45,828 nucleotides of DNA from Desulfobacteraceae bacterium (lineage in GTDB: Bacteria; Desulfobacterota; Desulfobacteria; Desulfobacterales; Desulfobacteraceae), in contig WGCX01000320.1 in the NCBI GenBank assembly GCA_015493575.1, forward strand, positions 1-45,828, written 5' to 3'. Below the pieces are notes generated by a model. That model was not told the origin of the DNA. It saw only the letters and a program-made list of their open reading frames with translations, and made no database searches. Each line of letters opens with the position of its first letter. The first letter of the stretch is position 1. The translations under genes were made by a program, and so were the position numbers. Shown here in pieces: positions 8,201 through 16,912 of this stretch.

Positions 8201-10780
8201 TCATTTAAATGAATCCAAATCTGTATGCTCATAAAATTTTTTAAGATAAAAGTCCACTGAAGTTTCATCTTCAAGGGACAGGTCAAGCAACCTTGTCATG
8301 CCAAACATTTTTCCTGCAAGAAACAGGTTACGTTCAATGATATCGGCATCTTCTGCCTTTAGCCTGGCTTTTAAAAAATCTTTGTTTATATTAACCTTAA
8401 ATCCTGCTTTCTTTAAAATTGCTGATATCAGTAAAACCCTTAAGTTGCGCTTACGCGCATCTGCTGCCCCGCCTTTAAAGGAAATCGTAATATGATTAAG
8501 ATAGGGGTCCTTTGACATATATGAGTCTAAAGCAACATAATGATAGCCCATACTGAGGCTGAGGTTAAGGTATTCTTTAGTAACAACTGCAAAACTTTTG
8601 GTGTCTGAATTTGCGCTTTCCAGAGCAGGTGTACGCATCTTTGCCGTGATAACTCCCCTGGCATTGTCCATTTTTTCATATCCATCCGGGGAAACATCAG
8701 AAGCATTCATTCCACGCCATAAAGCCTGAAAGGGTTTGCATATAATTGATTCCGTCTTAATAAGTTTTTCATCGGGTGTAATCACATTGTTCTCAAATAA
8801 ATCCAAAAGATACAGGTTCAAAGAAAGTTTAGTATCCACCTGATATATATTCTGCATTTTCCCGAAACTGTTTTTGTCCTTTAAGGAAAACATTTCATTC
8901 AATGCTGTCTCATGGCAGAATCTTATGATATCGTGCCAGCTCTTACATGAGCTTTCTGTAAAATTTTCACCACGGGGATCTGTCAGATTAAGAGGGAAAA
9001 TCAGTTCGGCAAGTCTTTCCAGCATCTGATATGATTCCGTACCTTCAACATTAACAGCAATGGAATCCGTTGATTCAGAATTATCATTCAGAATTGCTTT
9101 TATGATCCCCTGATAGATAATGCCATTGGTGGCATCAACAGTTATTTCATCGTTATTTTTCAAAATTGAAAATATGTCAGGAACCCTTACCACGCAAGGA
9201 ACATGAAATTCTCTGACAACCGACGACATGTGATCTGTAAGGTTTCCTTTTTCCACAACAACAGCACTTGCCTTTTGAAAGACTCCGGTGTACTGGGGAG
9301 AAGAGTTTTTAAGCACAAGCACTCCTCCCCTTGGGAAACCGAAAAGGTCATGGATGTCCCCTGCCTTAAAGACCTTTCCTGCGCCTGTACCTGCAGCAAC
9401 AGGTTTAGCTTTATCCGAAATTACAGAAGCGTTGACTTTTTTTGTTGGAATATTCTTCCCGGTATTGAGATGCAGAGGTCTTGCCTGAACAATTATCAGA
9501 TTATCATTTTTATCAAAGCACCACTCTATATCCTGCGCACATTTAAAATGTTTTTCAATAACCATTGCAGCCTGACCGAGCTTGCGCAGTTTGTCTCTGT
9601 TAAGGCAGGGGCTGTTTTCCTGTCCTTCCGGAACAATACCGTGCTTAGTACCCCCGTTATCTGCGAGTTTCAGAAAAATTTTTTTTGGAACTATCTCCTG
9701 GCTCAGCAGAGAAAAATCAGAGTTGCGTGCAAGGATATAGGTATCTGCAGAAATATCTCCTTCCACAAGAAGCTGGCCAAGCCCCCATATTGCGGAGATA
9801 ACCATCTCCTGGTTATCAGGATGCACGGGATCGGTGGTGTACAAAACCCCGGAACACCTTGCATCCACCATTTCAAGAAACCCCACACTCATATTGACAT
9901 CGTCCGAGTGGATATTTTTCATCCTCTGATAAAGGATGCTTCGGGTATTATATTTACTTGCGGCAACTGCTTTGTATTTATCAATAAGCTGGGCTGTAGG
10001 AACATTCAGAATAGAGGAAAACTGCCCGGCAAATGAATCTTCAAGGTCTTCTCCTATTGCGCTGCTGCGCACAGCCCAGTAAATTGGTTTGCTATGTTTA
10101 TTTTCAATTTTTTCGCTTTGCTTACGAATAATTTCTGCTATCTCGGAGGGAACCTGTGCATTTTGAATTAATGCTTTTATTTTTGCTTCTGCCGAAAAAA
10201 GTGCATGGCTCTTGCTCACATCGGTTTTATGCAGAATATCAAAAATTTTTTCAGACAGGCTGTTAAATTCGGAAAAATGGGTATATGCACAGACAGTAAG
10301 CCCAAAACCATCGGGAATATTAAGGTTGCATTTGTTTTTCAATTCTCCGAGATTGGCCATTTTGCTGCCGACTTTATCAATATATTTCGTTGTTATTTTA
10401 TCCATGGGGATAATAACAGGTGTGTATATCGGATCATCACTGCCAGTAGTAATTCTACGAATTTTTTTTGCTATATCCTCAAAATTCTGGAATAAATCAT
10501 TGTAATCGTTTCCTGATAAGGCCCGAAGATCAAAAAGTATATTCCCTATTCTTCGGGATAAATTTTTAATCATACTTTTAAGATACGGAATACTTATCAA
10601 TTGTTGATTATAATATTTATTTTCCAGCTCAGTCATCATGTCCAGACTCTGCTCATTTTCAGTAAGCAGATCTAAAAAAGATTTATACCGCATCTGCAAA
10701 TCATCTTTGATATCAATTTCAGATTCAATTTGACCGGCAGTTGTCAGCCTTTTATGAATTGTTTTCCAGAATCTAATCAT
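8201..10780 (-). CDS. PEP synthase/PPDK-like phosphotransferase (ATP-grasp PPDK_N plus swivel phosphohistidine domain, non-canonical C-terminus)
   Basis: 859 aa. PPDK_N-like block (VRSSAIGEDLEDSFAGQF ... DIEWCFD ... IVQARPL). PEP-utilizer mobile domain (GGVLVLKNSSPQYTGVF ... VVEKGNLTDHMSSVVREFHVPCVV). The roughly 300-aa C-terminus does not resemble the PEP/pyruvate TIM barrel. Confidence 0.8.
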   Translation of the reverse strand: MIRFWKTIHKRLTTAGQIESEIDIKDDLQMRYKSFLDLLTENEQSLDMMTELENKYYNQQLISIPYLKSMIKNLSRRIGNILFDLRALSGNDYNDLFQNFEDIAKKIRRITTGSDDPIYTPVIIPMDKITTKYIDKVGSKMANLGELKNKCNLNIPDGFGLTVCAYTHFSEFNSLSEKIFDILHKTDVSKSHALFSAEAKIKALIQNAQVPSEIAEIIRKQSEKIENKHSKPIYWAVRSSAIGEDLEDSFAGQFSSILNVPTAQLIDKYKAVAASKYNTRSILYQRMKNIHSDDVNMSVGFLEMVDARCSGVLYTTDPVHPDNQEMVISAIWGLGQLLVEGDISADTYILARNSDFSLLSQEIVPKKIFLKLADNGGTKHGIVPEGQENSPCLNRDKLRKLGQAAMVIEKHFKCAQDIEWCFDKNDNLIIVQARPLHLNTGKNIPTKKVNASVISDKAKPVAAGTGAGKVFKAGDIHDLFGFPRGGVLVLKNSSPQYTGVFQKASAVVVEKGNLTDHMSSVVREFHVPCVVRVPDIFSILKNNDEITVDATNGIIYQGIIKAILNDNSESTDSIAVNVEGTESYQMLERLAELIFPLNLTDPRGENFTESSCKSWHDIIRFCHETALNEMFSLKDKNSFGKMQNIYQVDTKLSLNLYLLDLFENNVITPDEKLIKTESIICKPFQALWRGMNASDVSPDGYEKMDNARGVITAKMRTPALESANSDTKSFAVVTKEYLNLSLSMGYHYVALDSYMSKDPYLNHITISFKGGAADARKRNLRVLLISAILKKAGFKVNINKDFLKARLKAEDADIIERNLFLAGKMFGMTRLLDLSLEDETSVDFYLKKFYEHTDLDSFK

Positions 10781-10793
10781 GGAATAACTTCCT

Positions 10794-11876
10794 TTAAGTT
10801 AATAAATTTTTAGAAACAGCCTTTTTCACGCTTTTCTTTAAGTCATCTAAATTAAGAGGCTTTTGGAAAAAATCAAATAGTTCATCCTTTATATCTACAA
10901 TGGATTCCTCCACAGGCGACATAAAACTGATCATTATTATCGGAGTATCAGGAGACAGCCTTCGGATAGCACGAACAATTTTTTCACCCCTATTATCCAT
11001 CATTAAGCCGGTGATTGCAACATCAAATTGTATTGATTCAATACGTTTTTTTGCAACAAAAGGATCGGTATATACTCTTACATCATAATTTTCGTTGTTG
11101 AAAAATACTTTTAGCAGATCGCATATGGCAGGGTCATCGTCAATAATCAGCATCCTTGGTTTTTTATTCATAAAGGCGTTTTCCTTTTCGCGTATAATAT
11201 CAAGAAGCCCTCCCTCCCTTTTTCTGGTGGGAATATAATAAGAGATTCCTGTAATAACCATCGCGACACCGGAAGCCAATAGACCTGCATCGAGGATTGT
11301 CCACCAGCCAATGCCGAAATAACGAATAAAACCTGTTGCCAGCGCTATAAATGCCATTCCGGTTCGAATGAAAGCAAGTTCTGTCCTTGCCCTGGCAAGA
11401 AGTGTCCGCTGCTGGGCTATTACAGTTCTTTTTTCTGACATAAATGAACGGCGTTTGGCAAGCTCTGTTCTCACACCGGCAAGGCCTGTACGTTTTTCTG
11501 AAAATTCAGTCCGTTTCTCAGCGGCCTCGGTTCTTCCCTCAGATAAAAAAGTTCGTTTTTCTGCAAGAATGCTGCGTTCTTCAGAAATCAGAGTCCTCTC
11601 TATCGTGTATTTTGCCCCTAATAGTGGAAGAACATCCTCCAATGATTTTGCATTGACAATCTCCTGATCTATTTCCTCGAGATCACTTACCAGATCATTT
11701 ATATACACTTTTCTTTCACGTTCATTAAGAGTTTTTCCCAGTATTAAATAATGACGTCCTACAGGTGAGAAATCACTTTCATTTAAAACCGAGTCAAGGG
11801 GCTCTAAGATTGCTTTTTCCTTTTCTTTAAGTTCAGACTTGTATTTGTGTATTAATTTTTCATTAAGTTCGCTCAT
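10794..11876 (-). CDS. DUF202-like heptad-repeat membrane protein fused to a response-regulator receiver domain
   Basis: 360 aa. Twelve R-[T/S] heptads (residues 93-172) are followed by two TM segments and a C-terminal receiver (PRMLIIDDDPAICDLL ... DVAITGLMMD). Confidence 0.7.
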   Translation of the reverse strand: MSELNEKLIHKYKSELKEKEKAILEPLDSVLNESDFSPVGRHYLILGKTLNERERKVYINDLVSDLEEIDQEIVNAKSLEDVLPLLGAKYTIERTLISEERSILAEKRTFLSEGRTEAAEKRTEFSEKRTGLAGVRTELAKRRSFMSEKRTVIAQQRTLLARARTELAFIRTGMAFIALATGFIRYFGIGWWTILDAGLLASGVAMVITGISYYIPTRKREGGLLDIIREKENAFMNKKPRMLIIDDDPAICDLLKVFFNNENYDVRVYTDPFVAKKRIESIQFDVAITGLMMDNRGEKIVRAIRRLSPDTPIIMISFMSPVEESIVDIKDELFDFFQKPLNLDDLKKSVKKAVSKNLLT

Positions 11877-12159
11877 GAGTCTCTGATTGTCCTTTAATCG
11901 TTATAGATTCATCGGCAGGCTGTTACACAACTCCCGTTTTCAAATTTTCAAATTGAACTTTAATATTGCAGGTGTTATCTGGCCGGATTTATTTTCCGGC
12001 CTGAACTATAAAAATATGGAACTAAAAAAATATGTATATCCGATTTTACAATAATCAGAATATGATTTTTCAGTGGACTTATCAGATATGAAATCATAAA
12101 ACAAGTGAATATATGGTACGAAATATGAGTTATCAACTGGTTCAAATTCCGGGGGGCTA

Positions 12160-12272
12160 TTTTTTATAAGAAAGAGCTCACTTCTGACAAAGTTACAAAT
12201 ACTCTTTCTATGTTTGTTGAGATGCACTGTAACGCAGTTCAGATCCGCCTCATGGCGGTTATATGAAACTCC
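12160..12272 (+). repeat. Family-1 long-form repeat (about 113 nt)
   Basis: Aligns by eye at most positions with 45490-45602. Same order of parts: T-run, TATAAGAAAGAGCTC, hairpins, then CAGATCCGCC-TCAT-GGCGGTTATATGAAACTCC. Confidence 0.75.
12163..12190 (-). promoter_or_regulatory. Putative sigma-70 promoter carried by the family-1 long repeat (TTGTCA-N16-TATAAA, firing leftward)
   Basis: On the minus strand, TTGTCA is at 12190-12185 and TATAAA at 12168-12163, with a 16-nt spacer. It points toward the operon that starts at 11876. Confidence 0.35.
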
Positions 12273-12573
12273 TGTAAAATTTTTATTAAGATCCGGATCG
12301 GCATGTTCAAAAATCAGTTGGTGCTCAACGGGTAAATACCTGTATAAATCTTTTTGCAGTCCTTCTACATTAAGCACAGCAAGGTATGTCTCAAATGAAT
12401 GCCTCGCTGTTACGGGTTTTCTCTGAAATTATGGTACGTTACTTGCTTGCTTTAGACTGTAAACATGAAAATTACCGGTGTATTTCAATGACATTGGTGT
12501 TTTTTGCAATGGCAGGCTGGCAAAAGGTTTTGAGTATCAGAAGCAATTACGGGCTTTTAACAGATAAGAAAAT

Positions 12574-12789
12574 ATGGACAATGGGACAATATTGATTCAT
12601 TTTGAGAAGGGAGACACGGAATACGCAGGCATTTACCAGGCGATAAACCAGATGTTTCTTGAAAATTCAGAGACAGAATGCACGTTTGTTAACCGCATGC
12701 AGGATCTTGATGACGATGGTCTTAGAAGAGCGAAACTGTCCTATCGGCCGGTTAAATTTTTAAAAAAATTCCGTGTTGTGCTTGATTAG
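12574..12789 (+). pseudogene. Possible C-terminal remnant of a larger gene (DUF2156/GNAT-like tail ending GLRRAKLSYRP)
   Basis: 71-aa ORF with an in-frame TAA three codons upstream of its ATG and no recognisable upstream continuation. The tail motif resembles C-termini of about 300-aa proteins, from memory only. Confidence 0.3.
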
Positions 12790-12837
12790 CCTGCCTGTTG
12801 AATTCATGGCTGTCCAAAGCCATGGGAGAAAGATACA

Positions 12838-13740
12838 ATGAAAATATTTATTTCAGGTGGAACGGGTTTTGTGGGGACATATCTGTGCCGCCATCTATTA
12901 GATAAAGGTCATGGTATAATTGCTGCTGGAACTTCGAAAAGACATATATGTGAGGGAAGAGATGGTTTTGAACTGATTTCCTGTAACACAAGTCTTAAAG
13001 GAAAATGGCAGGAATCATTAAAAGATGTTGATGCTGTCATTAATCTTGCAGGCAGAAACATCTTCAGGTTATGGACAAAAAAATATAAATCTCTCATGTA
13101 TGACAGCAGGGTGTTGACCACCCGTAATCTAATCAATGCACTTCCGGGGGACCGGAAAATAACTTTTCTAAGTACTTCTGCTGCAGGCTGCTATGGAAAC
13201 AGGGGGGATGAAATATTAAATGAAAAATCTCTGCCTGGAACAGGGTTTCTTGCACATTTATGTGAAGACTGGGAAAGACAGGCCTTTAAGGGTGAAGAAA
13301 AAGGGGCTAAGGTTTCCATAATGCGTTTTGGTGTGGTGCTCGGAAAAAACGGAGGAACACTTGCACAGATGATTCCGGCCTTTAAGTGCTTTGCAGGAGG
13401 CCCCCTTGGAAATGGAAAGCAGTGGTTTCCCTGGATTCATATAAAAGATCTTGCTTCAGCAGTTGATTTTCTACTTGAAGAACGTGAAGGAAAAGGAGTG
13501 TTGAATTTCAGTGCTCCTGTTCCTGTCAGGCAGAAAGATTTCGCAAAGGCCCTTGGAAAAGTGATGAACAGGCCCTCGGTTATACCTGCCCCGGGCTTTA
13601 TTTTGCGATTGATCATGGGCGAACTTGGTTCCGCGCTCCTTGAAAGCCAGAGGGTTGTTCCGGAAAAGCTCATGGAAGAAGGTTTTGTGTTCAAGTATAA
13701 AGAAGTTCAACAGGCCCTTGATAATATTATCAGGCAATAA
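12838..13740 (+). CDS. TIGR01777/YfcH-like NAD-dependent epimerase family protein (SDR with DUF1731 tail)
   Basis: 300 aa. N-terminal MKIFISGGTGFVGTYL Rossmann motif and C-terminal GFVFKY-type tail. GGGAGA RBS. Confidence 0.8.
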   Translation: MKIFISGGTGFVGTYLCRHLLDKGHGIIAAGTSKRHICEGRDGFELISCNTSLKGKWQESLKDVDAVINLAGRNIFRLWTKKYKSLMYDSRVLTTRNLINALPGDRKITFLSTSAAGCYGNRGDEILNEKSLPGTGFLAHLCEDWERQAFKGEEKGAKVSIMRFGVVLGKNGGTLAQMIPAFKCFAGGPLGNGKQWFPWIHIKDLASAVDFLLEEREGKGVLNFSAPVPVRQKDFAKALGKVMNRPSVIPAPGFILRLIMGELGSALLESQRVVPEKLMEEGFVFKYKEVQQALDNIIRQ

Positions 13741-13743
13741 AAA

Positions 13744-13767
13744 CAGATCCGCCTCATGGTGGTTATC
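13744..13767 (+). repeat. Family-1 core hairpin (CAGATCCGCC-TCAT-GGTGGTTATC)
   Basis: Lies between the epimerase stop and the tpx RBS. The stem contains a G-T pair that is a G-U wobble only on the transcribed (+) strand. Confidence 0.6.
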
Positions 13768-13783
13768 AAAAAAGGAGAATAAA

Positions 13784-14290
13784 ATGACTAAAATTAATTT
13801 AAAGGGAAATCCCATTGAAACTATAGGTAAACTTCCGGCAAAAGATACCATGGCGCCGGACTTCTGCCTTGTGAACGCAGATCTAACTGATATAACTCTT
13901 GGGGAATATAAAGGTAAAACGATTGTTTTAAACATATTTCCAAGTCTTGATACACCGGTATGTGCTGCTTCTGTCAGGCGTTTTAACCAGATGGCAAGTG
14001 AGATAAAAAATACCGTGGTATTATGCATTTCAGCGGATCTTCCTTTTGCACACAAGCGTTTCTGTGAAGCTGAAGGCCTTGAAAATGTTATTTCAGCTTC
14101 GGTATTCAGGTCCGGTGATTTTGGAAAAGATTACGGTGTGACAATTACCACGGGTCCGCTTGCAGGATTATTATCAAGGGCTGTTGTTATAATTAATTCC
14201 GATGGCAGGGTTGTTTATACTGAACAGGTGCCTGATATTGTAGATGATCCTGATTTTGACGCAGCTTTTAAAGTTATTGAAGGGCTTTAA
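13784..14290 (+). CDS. tpx: Thiol peroxidase (atypical 2-Cys peroxiredoxin)
   Basis: MTKINLKGNP ... APDF ... FPSLDTPVCAASVRRFN is the Tpx signature. AAAGGAGA RBS. I trimmed the start from the track's 13625 to the ATG at 13784. Confidence 0.9.
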   Translation: MTKINLKGNPIETIGKLPAKDTMAPDFCLVNADLTDITLGEYKGKTIVLNIFPSLDTPVCAASVRRFNQMASEIKNTVVLCISADLPFAHKRFCEAEGLENVISASVFRSGDFGKDYGVTITTGPLAGLLSRAVVIINSDGRVVYTEQVPDIVDDPDFDAAFKVIEGL

Positions 14291-14386
14291 ATGACTTTTG
14301 CCTGCAGATTAAGATCTGTTCCTAATCTGCAGTACAGAATTAAATTTGAAACATGTTATTATTTTTTCAGCAGTGAAACGGGGAAT

Positions 14387-14731
14387 ATGATGAACATAGA
14401 CTGGGCGTATTTGAGGAAAGGCTGACAATCATGTGCAAAAGCTCAAAAGTATTTTGAGCAGAACAATTTAAAATTAAACAAGACAGCCGATGCAAGAAAA
14501 GATACCATAAAAAAGGATGCTGCATGGGATCTTCTCAGCTCCTTTGACATTATATATGCAGGAAGGGGTAAAAAAATCATCGAATTTAAACCGGGGCAGG
14601 ATGAAAAAGAGGCAATATTAAAAGTGTGCCTCGGCAGGACCGGCAATCTCAGATCCCCTGCAGTAAAAGTGGGAAATACAATGTTTGTGGGGTATAACGA
14701 CAATATGTATGAGAATCTGCAGGGTGTATGA
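14387..14731 (+). CDS. ArsC/Spx-family thioredoxin-fold selenoprotein (in-frame UGA at 14423-14425, UxxC motif)
   Basis: Hand translation gives MMNIDWAYLRKG-U-QSCAKAQKYFEQ ... GRTGNLRSPAVKVGNTMFVGYNDNMYENLQGV, 114 codons open apart from the one TGA. A SECIS-like hairpin starts 15 nt downstream of the TGA and a terminator follows the gene. Confidence 0.75.
14441..14459 (+). promoter_or_regulatory. SECIS-like hairpin (GCUCAAA(A)-GUA-(U)UUUGAGC)
   Basis: Perfect 7-8-bp stem with G-U in the apical loop, about 22 nt 3' of the UGA. Confidence 0.55.
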
Positions 14732-14762
14732 AAAATGGGCAGGGCTTTTTTGTCAAATATCT

Positions 14763-14799
14763 GCAGGACAGGCTCATTTTTGCCTGTCCTGCAATTTTT
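14763..14799 (+). terminator. Rho-independent terminator
   Basis: 11-bp perfect stem GCAGGACAGGC/GCCTGTCCTGC with an 8-nt loop, followed by AATTTTT. Lies 32 nt after the selenoprotein stop. Confidence 0.65.
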
Positions 14800-14915
14800 C
14801 AGTTTATCTCTGTATGAGTTTATCTGCTTTTTTTGTTTTGTTCTGCCTGTGTAATTGTACTTTTCTGAATAGATTATTTTTTGGAAGTTCCCTTGTGTAG
14901 GGATTATCGTTATTA

Positions 14916-16892
14916 TCAATAAAACAGATACAGCATACCGATTAAAACCACAAGAAACAGGACGGTCATGCCCGCTCCTGCCTTTGCATAATCAAGTGTT
15001 TTATACCCTCCGGGTCTCATGATAAGAGCATTTACCTGGTGTGTTGGCAGAACAAAGGTGTTGGATGCAGCAATGGCCACAACCATGGCTGTAATCCTCG
15101 GGTCAGCACCTGCCTTTACAGCCATGGACATGCAAAGGGGTACAAGCAGGACAGTTGCCCCCACATTGGAAACAACAAGGGTGAAAAAAGAGGTTAAAAT
15201 GCCTACAACAAGAAGGAAAACAATGGTGGGTACCGACCCTATTGCCGTCATAATGGTATTGGCTATGAACTCGGCAGCACCTGTTTTCTGAAAGGCAAGT
15301 CCTAAGGGGATAAGCCCCCCGAGAAGGAATACAGTCATCCAGTCAACGGAATCATAGGCTTCATCGACACTTAAAACCTTTGATAGAATCATACCAAGGG
15401 CACCTGTCAGCAGACAGACCGAAAGAGACAATTTCATATCGGGAAATCCTATAAGTTCCATGAAAGGTGTGAATCCCAGTACAAGGGAAAGTGCCAGGCC
15501 AAGCCAGAATATTGCGGCCCCTGCCTTGTTTTCACGCATCAATTCGCCTCTTATTTCAGTTGTAAAGGTGAATGTGCTCTTAGTTTTCAGCCAGTAAAAG
15601 ACCTTCCATGTTCCAAACATCAAAACAGCGTCTCCTGTTCTGAAAACATGATCTGAAAGGTCATTGAAATGACATACACCATCGGTACATATTGTAATGG
15701 GAACAGTGTCAAGGGCCTCTGTAAAGTGTATCTCGCTGATTTTTTTACCCACAAGCTCGGATCGATCCGTTATTATACCTTCCATGAGTCCGGAGTTGTT
15801 CGGGGAAAGATCTTCTGCAAATCTGTCAAGGCCGCTTTTTAACGTAAAACCCATGGCATCTGCAAATTTTTCAACGCTTTTTCTGCCCTGGGCAATGGCT
15901 GCAAAGGTATCTCCCGGTTCAAGACGGTCTGTTCTGCGGGGTGCAAGTGTTTTTGTTTTTTTACTGCGGTGATAGATGGCAATAATATTAATATAGTAGT
16001 TTTCCCTGATCCCAAGCTGCTGTAAAGTTTTTGTACCGTCAAAGTGATCCGGGACTTCGATCTCATATATTGTGTCAATCATGTAATACGTATCTGCAAT
16101 GGATGCAGGTACAAGGCCGGTATCTTCCTCATCTTCGGATTTTGCCGGCAGAACGAAACGTCCAAGGAAAATAAAATAGATAATTGCGCTTGCCACAAGA
16201 GCTATGCCAATCGGTGTCTGGGTAAAAAGGCCTAAGGGTTTGATTTTTTCAGGCATGAACCCAAGGGAATTTGCCTGATCAATCAAATCATTTAAAAGGA
16301 TTGTAGGACTTGCTCCCACAAGGGTTATGGTACCGCCGATAATGGCACAGAATCCCATGGGCATGAGAATCCTTGAAACGGGAATGCCGGTCTGTTTGCC
16401 GATCCTGATGGCAGCTGGCATGAAAAGAGCAGCTGCACCGATATTCTGCATAAAACTTGAAATTATTGCAACAGTTCCTGATATAAGGGTAACAATGCGG
16501 CTTTCAGCCTTTCCTGCTATTTTAAGGATTTTTCTTGCCAGGATATTCATGCATCCTGTTTTATCCAATCCCGCACCAATTATAATCACTGCAATAATTG
16601 AAACAACGGCATTACTGGACAGCCCGCTGATCGCCTCCTTTGGCGTTACAACTCCGAGAATCGGCAGGCTTACCATCATGATGATACCCACAACGTCAAC
16701 CCTTACAAATTCAAAAATAAACAGCAGGATTGCAAGTACAAGCACGCCCATTACAATACCCATCTGCGGGGTAAATATAACGGTTTTTACAGCTTTTTCT
16801 GCTGCTGCGAATACCGGATTTGCAGATATCAGGAGCACAAAAACCGTTACCGCAGAAAGTACAAAAAACAGTTGATTTATTCTTGACTTCAA
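14916..16892 (-). CDS. DASS/SLC13 (ArsB/NhaD superfamily) anion transporter with two internal TrkA-C domains
   Basis: 658 aa. Two multi-TM halves are separated by about 200 aa of soluble sequence holding two TrkA-C-like repeats (GIRENYYINIIAI ... LEPGDTFAAIA; VGKKISEIHF ... FRTGDAVLMFG). TTG start with a GGAGG RBS. Confidence 0.85.
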   Translation of the reverse strand: MKSRINQLFFVLSAVTVFVLLISANPVFAAAEKAVKTVIFTPQMGIVMGVLVLAILLFIFEFVRVDVVGIIMMVSLPILGVVTPKEAISGLSSNAVVSIIAVIIIGAGLDKTGCMNILARKILKIAGKAESRIVTLISGTVAIISSFMQNIGAAALFMPAAIRIGKQTGIPVSRILMPMGFCAIIGGTITLVGASPTILLNDLIDQANSLGFMPEKIKPLGLFTQTPIGIALVASAIIYFIFLGRFVLPAKSEDEEDTGLVPASIADTYYMIDTIYEIEVPDHFDGTKTLQQLGIRENYYINIIAIYHRSKKTKTLAPRRTDRLEPGDTFAAIAQGRKSVEKFADAMGFTLKSGLDRFAEDLSPNNSGLMEGIITDRSELVGKKISEIHFTEALDTVPITICTDGVCHFNDLSDHVFRTGDAVLMFGTWKVFYWLKTKSTFTFTTEIRGELMRENKAGAAIFWLGLALSLVLGFTPFMELIGFPDMKLSLSVCLLTGALGMILSKVLSVDEAYDSVDWMTVFLLGGLIPLGLAFQKTGAAEFIANTIMTAIGSVPTIVFLLVVGILTSFFTLVVSNVGATVLLVPLCMSMAVKAGADPRITAMVVAIAASNTFVLPTHQVNALIMRPGGYKTLDYAKAGAGMTVLFLVVLIGMLYLFY

Positions 16893-16912
16893 TACAAAAC
16901 CTCCATGTTTAA

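Noticed and set aside
9203-10036. 277-aa plus-strand ORF. The same applies to 16327-16875, 36566-36997, 44417-44974 and 5333-5860.
   Set aside because: All lie fully antisense inside long genes with clear family motifs. Their composition is typical of shadow ORFs, and they have no motifs of their own.
12006-12377. 123-aa minus-strand ORF
   Set aside because: It reads straight through the family-1 long repeat. The peptide HEADL(N) is simply the translated repeat core, and the same peptide appears in the spurious ORFs 8083-8286 and 13471-14055.
14302-14332. 10-bp hairpin CTGCAGATTA/TAATCTGCAG after tpx, considered as a terminator
   Set aside because: No T-run follows it. It may be a processing or stability hairpin between tpx and the selenoprotein gene, but the evidence is insufficient to call it a feature.
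14443-14919. 158-aa minus-strand ORF in the track
   Set aside because: It is antisense to the ArsC-like selenoprotein gene and runs through that gene's terminator. The sequence is low-complexity with no recognisable motifs or RBS. The + strand reading explains the region better.
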